Position numbers and translations under genes: made by a program
Part shown: in pieces, positions 19,584 to 31,376 of the stretch
Layout of the letters: every line of letters starts with the position of its first letter
Position numbering within the stretch: the first letter of the stretch is position 1
Assembly: GCA_963736655.1 (NCBI GenBank)
Contig: CAVTPM010000015.1
Coordinates: 455,449-519,448 of the forward strand
DNA: 64,000 bases
Direction of reading: 5' to 3'
DNA from: an uncultured Actinomycetota bacterium
GTDB taxonomy: Bacteria > Actinomycetota > Actinomycetes > DATJPE01
The notes under the pieces: model-generated
Seen by the model: the letters and a program-made list of their open reading frames with translations, nothing else
Database searches by the model: none
Told to the model about the DNA's origin: nothing

Positions 19584-20104
19584 ATGAGCGACAGGCGGAG
19601 CGAGGACTTCGACGAGTGTGCGCCGGAGAACCGGGCAGCGTGGCGGCGATGGCTTGCGGAACACCACGCCAACGCATCCGGGGTGTGGTTGGTCTCGCAC
19701 AACAAGCGCAGCGGTCGGCAGGAGCTCACCGTGGCCGGCGGTCGAGGAGGCGCTACCTGGTCGCGGCTGAACAAGGAACGGGTCGCCTCTCTGACCGCGA
19801 AGGGCCTGATGACGCCAGCCGGCCTGCGCGCGGTGGAGGTCGCCCAGCAGAACGGCTCATGGACGGCCCTCGACTCGGTCGAGGCCCTCGAGGTCCCCCC
19901 AGACCTTGCTCGCGCGCTCGACGCCAGACCCGAGGCGAGAGCGCACTTCGACGCCTTCAGCCCCTCCGCCCGCAAGTCGGCACTGTGGTGGATCGAGAGC
20001 GCCAAGCGCGCCGAGACGCGCGCGAGCAGGGTGGCCGCTACGGTCGACCTGGCCGCCAGGAACCTGACAGTCGACGAACGCAGACACGACGGAGGAGACC
20101 CTCG
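19584..20104 (+). pseudogene. YdeI/OmpD-associated family protein; apparent internal deletion and undefined 3' end
   Basis: ORF 19584..20273: RAAWRRWLAEHHANASGVWLV...WSRLNKERVASLTAKGLMTPAGL...PPDLARALDARPEARAHFDAFSPSARKSALWWIESAKRAETRASRV. The usual ...EEAL-x-GWIDS... block is missing; AVEEAL is visible only in another frame at ~19730. The ORF has no stop before running 169 nt into the next gene. Confidence 0.55.
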
Positions 20105-20719
<615 letters not shown>

Positions 20720-23700
20720 GTGCCTCCCTGGGAGGCGGGTGCTGGGCAGCAGCGCTTGGATCTCGGCCAGGGCTGGCGCAGCCTCGAGCTGCTCGAAGAT
20801 CTCCTTCGCCCTGACGAGAACGAGTTCTGCCTCATCGTCGCGGCCGAGTGAGACCAGACAGCGTCCTTGGCCGAGCAGCGCGAACGCGCGCTCTGTCACC
20901 ACCCCGAAGACCTCCCATCGCTTGGCCGCCTCGGCATAGGTGACAGCAGCGACGTCCTGCTGACCTCGCCCCTCAGCCAAGGCCGCAGCCGCCGCCACCA
21001 GCGCATGCTCGGCATAGGCATGACGGGGCTCGAAACCCCGGGTGAGTCCCTCGGCGAGGTGGTGATCACCGTGGTCAAGCAGCAGCCGAGCCAGACTCGG
21101 GAGCATGATCGCGAAGTACTGGTTGACCTTGCTGCCAGGGGCATCGCCCACTTCGGTCAACAAGTCCACCGCGGACTGCGAGCGACCAAGAGAAGCCCGT
21201 GCCACAGCGACCGTGCTGAGAGAGTCCACGAACATGTGCGCATCGCCGGACTCCCGAGCGACCCGCTCCAACCAGTCGAGCTCGTCCAGGTGCTCCTCCA
21301 GCTGCCCGCGCATCGTCCGCACCCGTGCCTGAGCCGCACGGACCTCCATGAGGTCGGCCAGGTCTGCGGAGGACTCGAGTCGTTCGACGATCCCGTCGGC
21401 CACGGCGACGATCTCGTCGAACCTCCCGCAGTCGAAGAGAACGCCGAGGGAGCTCGCGGTGGCGAAGTCGACGGACTCGGTGAGGCCGAAGGCACGGGCG
21501 GAGGCCAACCCTGCGTCCAGCTCCTTCAACCCCGCCTGAGGGCCCTCGAACATCCAGACCGCCATGGCAAGGTTGTTGTAGAGCACGGCCATCTCACGGC
21601 CCTGGCCAGCGCTCGAAGCCCGGGCAAGCGCGTCACGAAGATCCACGACGCCACCGCTGTCTCCCCCCAGCGCGCGCCCGATCCCTCGGAAGCCGAGAGC
21701 CCTGCCCGATGTCTCGAATCCGAGCTCGAACCCGAGGGACAGGGCACGTTGGGCGTACTCGACAGCCCGTCTGCGGCCTCCCCCGAAAGATCTCGGAAGC
21801 CGCGGCGTCGGTGAGCACCTCCACGAGTTCTGGACCTGGGGACAGCGGTTCGAGGATGGCGACGGCCTCGAGGGCGAGCTCCTCCCACCCCGTCCGGCCG
21901 AGTGTGCGGAGAACGTCACTGAGCATGGCCATCGACCGAGCGGCAGTCGCCAGCTCTCCGCTCGCACGAAGCAGCTCAACCGCATCCCCGAGCAGTGCGG
22001 CCGCCTCGACGTACATCCCGGCATGGAAGGACGCCTCTCCGAGCTGCGCGAGCGTCGAGGGCCGACTCCTGTGCCCGAGGGGTGTGAGCAGCAGAGCGCG
22101 CTGGAAGCGGGCCAACGCCATCGGTGCATCCAGCCCCAGTGCACGCTCACCGCTGAGGGTGAGGAAGTGCAGCGCGGAGTCCTCCAACTCGGACGGCTTT
22201 GTCGTCCTGCCCCACAGCTCGAGCAAGATCGAGGGCGGTCGAATAGTGGTGGGCCAGCACGTCGGCGAGGTCTTCGACCCTGCGTGGGGACTTGGACTCG
22301 ATCCACTCGGCCGCAGCCACGTGCCGGTCGACACGCGAGGCTCGCGTGAGCTGACCGTAGGCGACATCCCGGGTCAGGACATGCCAGAACGCATACTCGA
22401 CCTCGCCCTGCATCGACGAACTGCTCGATCGGCGGACGAACTCCAGTCGGGACAGCTCGCGCAGGCCGGCAACGACGTCGTCTTGGGCCCTTCCACTCAC
22501 GGCGGCCACGGCGCCGACCCAGAACTCCTTGCCCACGACAGCGGCGTCTGCCAGCAACGACTTCACACTCGGGGCCAGGGTGTCCAGGCGAGCCGCGATC
22601 AGGGCCTGGAGGGAAGCCGGCAGCGAGACCGTCTCGCCCTCCGAGAGCGCCCCGCCAGACCCGTTCGTCGTCAACAGCTGCTTGTCCCTGAGGAACCGCA
22701 CCAGCTCCCCTGCGAACAACGGGTTGCCGCCGGCGCGCTCCAGGATCGACTGCCGCAGCTCGGCCGGCAGAGCCATGGTGCCCATCAGCGCTGACCCAAG
22801 GCGTTCGGTCTCGTCATCAGAGAGCGGCGCCAAGTCGATCCGCTGGGCGTGCGGTATCTGGGCTGCATGGCCGGGGTGCTGATCGAACAGCTCCGGCCGG
22901 GCCGTGACCAGCAGCAGCAGCGGTACTCCCGCGGCGTGTTCCAGGAGGTGCTCGAGGAAGGCCAGCAAAGCCGGATCGGCCCAGTGCAGGTCCTCGAAGA
23001 CCAACACCGTCGGGTGTGTCGCCGCAACGTGCTCGAAGAACCGGCGCCAGGCCGTGAACAGCTCCCCCCGCTCCGCGCTGCTCCTGGCCTCGATCCCAAG
23101 CAGGGGCAGCAACCGCTGTCGGAACCAGGCCCGCTCGCCGCCCGGAGGCAGCACCACGTCCAGCTTGACGGTTGCCACCTCGGGCGGATCGGTCTCCAAG
23201 ATCCCCGCGTGGGCCTTGAGGATCTCCCCCAAGGCCCAGAACGTGATCCCCTCCCCGTAGGGCAGGCAGCGCCCCTGCCGCCAGATCACCTGCACCGGGA
23301 GGGAATCCACATGGCTGAACAGCTCCGCCACGATCCGGGACTTCCCCAGGCCCGGCTCTCCCACCACAGTCACCCGCTGGACCGTGTTCGCAGCGACGGC
23401 CTTGCCGAAGACCTCCTTCAGCAGACCCAGCTCGGCTTCCCGCCCGACGAACGGCACTTCGTGCGTACGCGTCACTTCCGAACCGAACCTGGCCAAGGGC
23501 GCCCTCGGCTGGAACACCCGCAACGGGGCCGACTTGCCCTTCACCCGCTGCGCAGGTGACTCCACATAGTCGAAGACTCCAGCCGTCGCCTCGTAGGTCG
23601 CCAGGCCAACGGCGACTCCCATCTCTGGAGCAACCGACTGCAGGCGGGAGGCCGTGTTGATGGGGTCACCCGCCATGAACCCCTCTCCGGACCCCGGTGC

Positions 23701-24213
23701 GACCCCGAGCCTCACCAGTGCCTCTCCGGTGTTGACACCCACCCGCACGGTCAGTGGCGCACCGGCCAACCCGCTCAGGCCCCCGGCATCCTCAGTGATC
23801 CGCAACGCCGCCCGCACGGCCCGCTCGGGATCATCCTCATGCGCGACCGGAACTCCGAACACCCCGACCACAGCATCCCCGATGAACTTCTGGACCACCC
23901 CGCCGTGACCCTCGATCCGAGCTCGCGCCATCGCGAAGTACGCAGACAGCATCCGGTCCACGTCTTCCGGATCGGCCTTCTCCGAGGCCGCGGTGAAGCC
24001 CACCAGGTCGCAGAACAACGCCGTGACGACCTTGCGTTCTTCACCCACGCGGTTGGCCTCTGCGGACACCGGCGTCCCGCACTCCGGACAGAACTTCGGG
24101 ACCACGACGAAGGCCACCCCGCACTCCGCGCAGCCGACCACGCTTCGGACCTTAGGTGATCGCGCGCGACCTCGAGCTGCCGGATGCGCATTCACGAGCG
24201 TTACCTTGGCTTC

Positions 24214-25194
24214 ATGCCGAGCGGCGCCAGCACCTCACCTTCGATCGAGATCGAGGTCGGCGACCGCGACGTCCGCATCTCCAACCCCGACCGCGTGTAC
24301 TTCCCCGCGACCGGCGCGACGAAGCTCGACCTCGTCCGCTACTACCTCAGCGTCGGCGACGGCATCGTCAACGCCCTCCGGGAGCGGCCGTGCATGCTGC
24401 ACCGCTTCCCCACCGGCGTCAGCGGCGACAAGGTGCACCAGAAGCGTCTCCCGGCCGGCGCTCCCCCGTGGGTCGAGACCGTGCGCGTGCACTTCCCGCG
24501 GTACGACCGCGACGCCGACGAGCTCTGCGTCACCGAGCTGGCCAGCGTCATCTGGGCGGTGCAGATGTCGACGGTGGAGTTCCATCCCTGGAACTCGCGC
24601 CGTGCCGACACCGAGAAGCCCGACGAGTGGCGCATCGACCTCGATCCCATGCCGCTGTGCGACTACGCGACCGTACGCCGCGTGGCGCACGTCGCCCATG
24701 AGGTGCTCGACGAGCTCGGCGCCGTCGGGTGGCCGAAGACCAGTGGCGGCAAGGGGATGCACGTCTACGTGCGCATCGCGCCGGATCACGGCTTCGGAGA
24801 CGTACGGCGTGCCGCGCTGGCCTTCGCCCGCGAGGTGGAGCGGCGCGCCGGTGGCGACGTCACCACGACGTGGTGGCGCAAGGACCGTGACCCTGCAACG
24901 GTCTTCGTCGACTACAACCAGAACGCACGCGACCACACGATCGCCTCGGCCTACAGCGTGCGCGGCAACCCGGAGGGGACCGTCTCCACGCCGATCGCGT
25001 GGGGCGAGGTCGACGACGCGCTGCCGGGCGACTTCACGATCGCGACGGTGCCGGCGCGCTATGCCGCCAAGGGCGACCTGCACGCCGGCATCGACGACGC
25101 GGTGTTCTCCATCGAGCCCCTGCTGGAGTGGGCCGACCGGGACGAGCGCGACGGTGCGGAAGGACCTGCCGACCCCGACCTCTCGCCCCGTTAG
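24214..25194 (+). CDS. Stand-alone NHEJ polymerase/primase domain protein (LigD PolDom-like)
   Basis: ORF 24184..25194, with the start set at MPSGAST. Diagnostic stretch: ISNPDRVYFP...TKLDLVRYYLSVGDGIVNALRERPCMLHRFPTGV...VEFHPWNSR...RIDLDP...KTSGGKGMHVYV...FVDYNQNARDHTIASAYSVR. No ligase or Ku gene is adjacent. Confidence 0.85.
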   Translation: MPSGASTSPSIEIEVGDRDVRISNPDRVYFPATGATKLDLVRYYLSVGDGIVNALRERPCMLHRFPTGVSGDKVHQKRLPAGAPPWVETVRVHFPRYDRDADELCVTELASVIWAVQMSTVEFHPWNSRRADTEKPDEWRIDLDPMPLCDYATVRRVAHVAHEVLDELGAVGWPKTSGGKGMHVYVRIAPDHGFGDVRRAALAFAREVERRAGGDVTTTWWRKDRDPATVFVDYNQNARDHTIASAYSVRGNPEGTVSTPIAWGEVDDALPGDFTIATVPARYAAKGDLHAGIDDAVFSIEPLLEWADRDERDGAEGPADPDLSPR

Positions 25195-26336
25195 GTGCTC
25201 CACTCACGGCCGAACCAGCGGCCGATCCGCACGGTGCCGAAGTCACCCTTGTCAGCGACGAGATCGGCTGAGGGACCGTAGAGATCGCCGGTCGGGCGTT
25301 GGCCGCTGAGGAACGTGACGTCCACCTTGGCGACCTGGTCGTGCCCGAACTCGACGTAGCAGAGACCGTGCCCGTCGTAGGTGGCCGTGGGCACGCGACC
25401 ACCCAGGTGGTCGAGGATGCGCCCGGCCACGACCGCGGCCTGCCCCTCGGAGAACACCCCGGCCTTCGGCGTCCCGACGCTCGTCACGTCGCCGACGGCG
25501 TACACGTTCGGGAACGCCGTCTCCAAGGTGAGCGGGTCGACCGGGATCCAGCCGTCGACGGCCATGCCCGACTCGAGGACGACGTCCGGGGCGCGGTGCA
25601 CGGGGATGCCGAGGAAGAGGTCGTACGCAAGCTCGGTGCCGTCGCTGAGGAGCGCCACGCTCCGCTCCGGGTCCAGGCCGCGAACGAGCCGGTCGGGCAC
25701 CCAGTCGATCCCGCGCTCGGCGAAGGCCGCGAGCAGCGCCGCCGAGGCCTCCGGTGACGGCGGGACGGGCACACCGAACGGCATCACGAGGCTGACCTCG
25801 CTGGCCGCCCGGAGGCCCTGCGCGGTGAGGAAGTCCTCGACGAGCAGCGCCGTCTCACTGGGCGCGGGAGGGCACTTGAACGGCGTCGACGTCACCCCGA
25901 CGATCACCCGACCGCCCTCGAACCGCGCGAGCACGTCACGAAGCGCGAACGCCCCGGCCACGGTGTAGAACTCGTGGCCGCCCTCCACCAGCCCCGGAGT
26001 GGCGGCAGGGTCGAGGTCGGCGCCCAGCGCCACCACGAGGATGTCGGCGTCGAAGCCGCCGGCGCTGGTCTCGACGTGCCGCGTCATCGGGTCGATCGAG
26101 AGCACCTCCGCGGACACGAAGCGGACACCCGGCTTCACCAGGTCGGCGTACGGGTGCAGCACCTGGTCGGGCTGCCGCCGACCGAACATCACGTCCAGCT
26201 TCGAGAACCCGAAGACGAACCCCTCAGCCTGGTCGATGAGGGTCAGCTCGAGGTCGTCGCCCCGCGCCTCCGACAGCAGCGTCGTGAGCTCGAGCCCGCC
26301 GAACCCCGCACCCAGCACCACGACGCGGGTCCGCAT
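25191..26336 (-). CDS. NAD(P)/FAD-dependent oxidoreductase of the sulfide:quinone-reductase-like (pyridine nucleotide-disulfide) family
   Basis: ORF 25191..26447(-) trimmed to MRTRVVVLGAGFGGLE. It contains FKCPPAPSE and VYAVGDV motifs. It lies 10 nt downstream of the HxlR gene on the same strand. Confidence 0.75.
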   Translation of the reverse strand: MRTRVVVLGAGFGGLELTTLLSEARGDDLELTLIDQAEGFVFGFSKLDVMFGRRQPDQVLHPYADLVKPGVRFVSAEVLSIDPMTRHVETSAGGFDADILVVALGADLDPAATPGLVEGGHEFYTVAGAFALRDVLARFEGGRVIVGVTSTPFKCPPAPSETALLVEDFLTAQGLRAASEVSLVMPFGVPVPPSPEASAALLAAFAERGIDWVPDRLVRGLDPERSVALLSDGTELAYDLFLGIPVHRAPDVVLESGMAVDGWIPVDPLTLETAFPNVYAVGDVTSVGTPKAGVFSEGQAAVVAGRILDHLGGRVPTATYDGHGLCYVEFGHDQVAKVDVTFLSGQRPTGDLYGPSADLVADKGDFGTVRIGRWFGREWST

Positions 26337-26346
26337 GCGACGGAGC

Positions 26347-27033
26347 CTAGCCCGCCGTCGGCCTCGGCACGGGCGCGAAGGTGGACAGGCTGAACCACTC
26401 CGGCAAGGCCCGGCACAGCGCCCGCGGGCCCTGCATCTCCAGCACACCTGACCGGATGGCGTCCGACCAGGTCAGCTCCCCCATCCACACCCGGACCATC
26501 GGGCGCAGCCCTGTGGTGACGCTGACCCCGACGTCGAATCCGGGGTCCACGTCGCAGACGTCGACCTCAGCCCGCGTGATGACCAGCCACCAGTCCCGGC
26601 GCGCGCCCGGTGGGACGTCGGAGAACCGGAACTGCACGACCGTCCGCCCGTCCGGGATGGCCTCGACTTCGATGCGCCGATGCATGTCCCACATGAGCAG
26701 CTTCGGGTCGAGATCGCGGTCGCCGAGCTCACCGACCCAGCGGACGCCCCAGGCGCCGAGAGCCTCGACGACCGGGCGAAGCTCCTCCCCTGCAGGCGTC
26801 AGCACGTACCTCACCTCGTCGCCGTCGGCGACTCGGTCGATCACACCGGCGCGGGCCAGCTGCTGCAGACGCTTGGACAGCAACGTCGGTGACATCCGAG
26901 GGAGTCCGCGGCGCAGGTCGTTGAACCGCTGGCTGCCGGTCACGAGCTCGCGGACCACGAGCATCGTCCAGCGCTCGTCCAGGAGCTCCATGGCCTTGGA
27001 GACGGGGCAGAACTGGTGGTAGGACGCGCCCAT
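26347..27033 (-). CDS. HxlR-family winged-helix transcriptional regulator with a C-terminal extension
   Basis: ORF 26347..27033: CPVSKAMELLDERWTMLVVRELVTGSQRFNDLRRGLPRMSPTLLSKRLQQLARAGVI. Confidence 0.85.
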   Translation of the reverse strand: MGASYHQFCPVSKAMELLDERWTMLVVRELVTGSQRFNDLRRGLPRMSPTLLSKRLQQLARAGVIDRVADGDEVRYVLTPAGEELRPVVEALGAWGVRWVGELGDRDLDPKLLMWDMHRRIEVEAIPDGRTVVQFRFSDVPPGARRDWWLVITRAEVDVCDVDPGFDVGVSVTTGLRPMVRVWMGELTWSDAIRSGVLEMQGPRALCRALPEWFSLSTFAPVPRPTAG

Positions 27034-27081
27034 CCCCGAAGGCTAGGACGAAGGTCGGACGGAGCCAAGAGCCGACCAGGG

Positions 27082-27100
27082 CAGTACAGATCGTGTACTG
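27082..27100. promoter_or_regulatory. Inverted repeat CAGTACA-gatcg-TGTACTG in the HxlR/methyltransferase divergent intergenic region; candidate operator
   Basis: Read directly. The arms are 7 bp and relatively AT-rich. The site lies between the divergent starts at 27033 and 27193. Confidence 0.3.
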
Positions 27101-27192
27101 GAGCCCGGGTTCCGGTCTTCCTACGGTCGTCTCGAGTCGCTGCTCTGCTGCGGCGGCCATCCCCCAACCGAGACACAGGAGACGCGAAGACC

Positions 27193-28030
27193 GTGACTGC
27201 AACAACCGAGTCCCTTCACCTGGACGCCCTCAAGACCAAGCACCGCGCCATGTGGGCGCTGGGCGACTACCCCGCCGTCGCCGCGCAGATCATCCCGACC
27301 CTCGGGCCGATCGTCGTCGACGCTGCCGACGTCCGACCCGGAGACCGCGTGCTGGACGTGGCTGCCGGCGACGGCAACGCCGCCATCCCAGCCGCCCTGG
27401 TCGGCGCCCAGGTCGTCGCGACCGACCTGACCCCTGAGCTGCTCGACCACGGCAAGAAGCTCGCCCGCGAGCGGGGAGCCGATCTCGAGTGGCACGAGGC
27501 CGACGCCGAGGCCCTCCCCTTCGACGACGATGTGTTCGACACGGTGCTGTCCTGCGTGGGCGTCATGTTCGCACCCCACCACCAGAACAGTGCCGACGAG
27601 CTGGTGCGCGTGTGCCGACCCGGAGGGACCCTCGGGCTGCTCAGCTGGACCCCTGAAGGGTTCATCGGGCAGATGTTCGCGACCATGAAGCCCTACCTCC
27701 CGCCGCCGCCGTCGGGCGTGCAGCCGCCGCCGCTCTGGGGCGACGAGGACTCATGTGCGCAGCCTGTTCGGTGACCGGGTCGAGGCGCTCGACGTACGGC
27801 GGGACACCGTCGAGGTCGACCACTTCGACACCCCGACGGCCTTCCTCGACTTCTTCAAGGCCTGCTACGGGCCGACCATCGTGGCCTACCGCGGGCTCGC
27901 CGACGACCCAGCACGCGCCGAGTCGCTGGACCGAGAACTGGTAGCCCTCGCCGAGCGGTTCGACCGCGGCACCGGGTCGACCGTGATGGATTGGGAGTAC
28001 CTCCTGGTCACCGCTCGGACCCGCGCCTGA
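27193..28030 (+). pseudogene. Class I SAM-dependent methyltransferase, one frameshift (~27750)
   Basis: GTG at 27193 in ORF 27016..27774. SAM motif is VLDVAAGDGNAAIPAA; the sequence runs ...FDTVLSCVGVMF...GGTLGLLSW...PPLWGDED. It then continues as HVRSLFGDRVEALDVRRDTVEVDHFDTPTAFLDFFKACYGPT in ORF 27755..28030. Confidence 0.8.
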
Positions 28031-28046
28031 CGCGATGCCCTGGCCG

Positions 28047-28078
28047 GTCCCGCCTCGTTCACCTGACCGAGGCGGGAC
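28047..28078. terminator. Hairpin (11-bp perfect stem gtcccgcctcg/cgaggcgggac, 10-nt loop) between convergent genes
   Basis: Read directly. It lies between the stops at 28030 (+) and 28091 (-). There is no U-tract. Confidence 0.4.
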
Positions 28079-28090
28079 TCCGGCCCCTGG

Positions 28091-30052
28091 TCAGCGCAGG
28101 GTCCCCACGAACGTACGCGCTTCGCGCCCACCGCGCCGCACCCACTCGATGCGAGCGCCGAGGACGAACAGCGTCGCTCCGGCCAGCGCGATCGCGAACC
28201 AGCGGGTCAAGGCGGCCAGCCCGGTCCAGACCTGGGCGGCGCCGACGATGCCCAACGCGAGGGCGCCCGGCAGGAACAGGCCCGCCAGCCGCAGCCGCGC
28301 ACCGATCGCCACGACCGCCACCCCCACGACGAGCACGAGCACCAGCCGCACCGCGGCCTCGCCAGCCGACTGGTCACTGCCCTCGAAGACCCAGGGCGCA
28401 CCCCAGCAGAACAACGCGGACGGGATCAGTGCCACGGTCACCCCGGGACCGAGCCACACCAGCGAGCTGCCGGGCTCCGTGCGGTGCCAGAGGTACCCGG
28501 CAAGCAGCAACAGAGCAGCCAGCGACAGGGTCCTCGACTCGGGTACGTCCGACAGGCCGGCGAGCCCGGACGCCCCGGCGAGGGCGAACATCCACCCCAC
28601 CTGCCCGGCAACGGCGGCCGGCCAGGCCATGATCGGCTCGAGGCCGAGACCTGCGACGACGTACCAGGTGACCGACGCCACGGCGAGAAGCACCGACAGC
28701 TGCAGGATCACCGGATCGGTGGAGGACTCCGGCTCGGCGATGGCGAGACGGCCGATCCCCCAGGTCGCCCAGAGGGCGGCCGACGCGAGCAGACCTGCAT
28801 GCAGGAACCCGGTGCGCGCCAGCACCGCGAGCAGGACGGCCCCCAGGACTCCGGCCGCCACAGCCAGCCAGGCCGCCTCGACGTCGACCGGCAGCAGCAG
28901 GGCGAGCCCGCCCGCGACGCCGACCAGCGCGACCGCTACCAGTCCAGCGACCTGACCGGCCCCCGTGGACGGGATGCGACGCCAGACCCAGGCCGCCGCA
29001 CCGGCGGTCACCAGGGTCGTCACCAAGGTGCCCGTGAGGGCGGCCTGATCCAGGTCGGAGGCCCACGCCAGCCAGGCGGTCAGCGTCAGGAACGAACCCA
29101 GCGCGGCCGCGATCGTCATCGGGGGCAGGTCGGCAGCCAGCCGGTCGGACAGGTGCGGAGCCGCACCGAGCGCCACCGTGCTGACCGCGACGACGCTCAC
29201 GGCGAGGGCTGCCCACGGCAGGTCGCTGTCCGCCGGGCCGAGCGCGAGGTACCAGGTGACCAAGGCCGCCCCAGCGGCCGCGGTCGACCAGCCGAGCCAC
29301 ACCCAGGCGCGCAGCGCGAACCGGTGCCCGAGGGCGACGGCGAGGGCCGCTCCTGCGCAGGTCACGACGGGGAGGTACGGCGCGACGCTGAGGTCCAGCC
29401 AGCTGTCCGGCACGAGCCCGAGGGCCGGAGCAGCGAAGGCGTCCACGCCGGCCAGCCCGAAGGCCACCACGGCGAGCGCCTCGGCGGTCCCGGGCAACCG
29501 GTGGGTCAGCCGGATCGCGGCTGCACCGAAGCCCAGCGTCGCGACGGCCATGACGGCCACCTGACCGACGGCGCCCAGGCTGTCCCAGACCACAGCCATG
29601 AACACGATGCCGGCGATGATCAGCAGGACGGCTCCGAGGCCGAGCAGGAGGACCTGGATGCCCGGACCTTCGTGAGGCGTCGCGGCTTCGCTCGGACGGT
29701 CGACGGCCGGCGGCAGGGCGTGACCGGGTGCCGGCCAGATGTGGCCGCGCGCCGCAGTCTCCGCGTCCGGCGCCGGGTCGCCCGCAGCGACCCGGTCGTC
29801 GAGCCAGGTCAGCCGCGGCCGAAGGTGCGCCGCCTCGGCGAGGTAACCGGCGTAGGCGCGGTGCCCTCGCGGGCACTCCACCATGCCGTCGTCGTCCGAG
29901 ACATCGGGGAAAGCCTCGCCGCAGCGGGGGCAGGTCCACGACTCTGAGGGCGGCACGGGGTCAGTCAACACCGGCTCAGTCAACAGGACTTCTTCGGTCA
30001 TGTGCGCGGTCGACATCGCGACCACCTCCGCGGCAGACACCCAGCGGGACAC
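28091..30052 (-). CDS. Large polytopic membrane protein with an N-terminal cytoplasmic zinc-ribbon (SCO7613-like architecture)
   Basis: Intact 653-aa ORF. N-terminus has WTCPRCGEAF...VECPRGH, followed by ~20 hydrophobic segments. The start may be an internal M (MSTAHM or MTEEV). Confidence 0.7.
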   Translation of the reverse strand: MSRWVSAAEVVAMSTAHMTEEVLLTEPVLTDPVPPSESWTCPRCGEAFPDVSDDDGMVECPRGHRAYAGYLAEAAHLRPRLTWLDDRVAAGDPAPDAETAARGHIWPAPGHALPPAVDRPSEAATPHEGPGIQVLLLGLGAVLLIIAGIVFMAVVWDSLGAVGQVAVMAVATLGFGAAAIRLTHRLPGTAEALAVVAFGLAGVDAFAAPALGLVPDSWLDLSVAPYLPVVTCAGAALAVALGHRFALRAWVWLGWSTAAAGAALVTWYLALGPADSDLPWAALAVSVVAVSTVALGAAPHLSDRLAADLPPMTIAAALGSFLTLTAWLAWASDLDQAALTGTLVTTLVTAGAAAWVWRRIPSTGAGQVAGLVAVALVGVAGGLALLLPVDVEAAWLAVAAGVLGAVLLAVLARTGFLHAGLLASAALWATWGIGRLAIAEPESSTDPVILQLSVLLAVASVTWYVVAGLGLEPIMAWPAAVAGQVGWMFALAGASGLAGLSDVPESRTLSLAALLLLAGYLWHRTEPGSSLVWLGPGVTVALIPSALFCWGAPWVFEGSDQSAGEAAVRLVLVLVVGVAVVAIGARLRLAGLFLPGALALGIVGAAQVWTGLAALTRWFAIALAGATLFVLGARIEWVRRGGREARTFVGTLR

Positions 30053-30172
30053 CTTCAGCGTGACCTGAACGTGTTCGGCCGGCCAGTGCCTAACGTCCCG
30101 ATCTGCTGAGCTGCTCGGGGAGCACTGGACGTGTGCGCGTTCACGTTCCAGGTCGACCAGATGCAGTCGACG

Positions 30173-30815
30173 TCAATGGCCGCCGACCGAGCGCCCGTCC
30201 TCGACGTACCGCACGCGTTGGGACGTCTTGCGCATGGCCGACTTGACCCGGCGACGAACCGGCCCGCTGAGCAGCGGGAAGCGCGTCCTCGAGCCGGGCC
30301 AGCCGGTGCTCGACGATCTCCTCCTCCTGGAGGACGATGCCGGCCAGCGTGGCGTCGTCGAGGACCCCGCAGTCGAACAAGAACCGCATCCCGCCAGCAC
30401 GGTCCGGGCGCGGTCTCAGGAAGTCCACGACCACGAGGCGACCACGGTCGACGTCCAGGCCGCACTCCTCGCGCACCTCACGCCGACAGGCCTCCCACGG
30501 GGTCTCGCCGTCGGCCTCCATGACGCCGCCGGGGACCGTCCACCCCGTCTTGTACGTGGTCTTGAGAATGAGCAGCCGACCCTTGCGGTCCCAGATCAAA
30601 GCGCCCGAGGAGGCAGGGATTCTCGGCAGCGGCTCTTCGGCGTCCTCAAGCGGGTCCTGCTCGGCCCCGGGGTCCGCCGGGCCACCGGGCGCCTCGTCGA
30701 CTGACACGGGAGCACCGTACGACACAGCCCCAGGGTCGAGCGCCCCCCGTGCCCGCCCCCCGATGACGGCTCCCGCACGTTTGGAGGACGGGAGTGACGG
30801 CGCCGCGGTGAACAT
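30173..30815 (-). pseudogene. NUDIX hydrolase, one frameshift near the 3' end (~30282)
   Basis: ORF 30141..30815(-) carries the Nudix box GGVMEADGETPWEACRREVREECGL. After ...HRLARLEDA the sequence continues as PLLSGPVRRRVKSAMRKTSQRVRYVEDGRSVGGH in ORF 30173..30400(-). Confidence 0.75.
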
Positions 30816-30912
30816 TCGGTGAACTCACGCCGCTCCGCTCCTCCAGCAGCGCCCAGCCAAGCCCTCACATAGCAGGATCAGGCCCACCACCGACTCTGAC
30901 CCAGGGACGTTC

Positions 30913-31314
30913 ATGAACCACCCGACCGCCGAAGATCTGCTGCGCGTTCCGCTGTTCGCCGACCTGTCGGTGGACGCCGCTGAGGTTCTTGCCCAGCGTT
31001 TCGACATCGAGCAGTACGCCGCCGGGCGCCCACTCGTCACCGAGGGTCGTTCCGGGTACGCGTTCTACGTGCTCGACGAGGGCCAGGTCTCGGTCACCCG
31101 GGAGGGCGAGCAGCTGCGCACCCTCGTCGCCGGTGACTTCTTCGGCGAGATCGCGATCATCGGCGAGGGCCGACGTACGGCAACGGTCACGGCCACCGAG
31201 CCGGTCACGGTGTGGACGATGTTCGGTACGGCGTTCCGCGAGCTGGAGATGAGCCGGCCGGACGTGGCCACCCAGCTCCAGGACGCGATGCGGCAGCGCC
31301 TCGCGACCGGCTAG
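30913..31314 (+). CDS. Stand-alone cyclic-nucleotide-binding (cNMP/CAP-effector) domain protein
   Basis: 133-aa ORF: LLRVPLFADLS...YAAGRPLVTEGRSGYAFYVLDEGQVSV...LVAGDFFGEIAIIGEGRRTATVTA. Confidence 0.85.
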   Translation: MNHPTAEDLLRVPLFADLSVDAAEVLAQRFDIEQYAAGRPLVTEGRSGYAFYVLDEGQVSVTREGEQLRTLVAGDFFGEIAIIGEGRRTATVTATEPVTVWTMFGTAFRELEMSRPDVATQLQDAMRQRLATG

Positions 31315-31376
31315 CTGCGCTCGCGCCCCTGGGGGCGCTGGATGCGCGGAGCCTTCCTCCGGCCGACAATGAGCCC

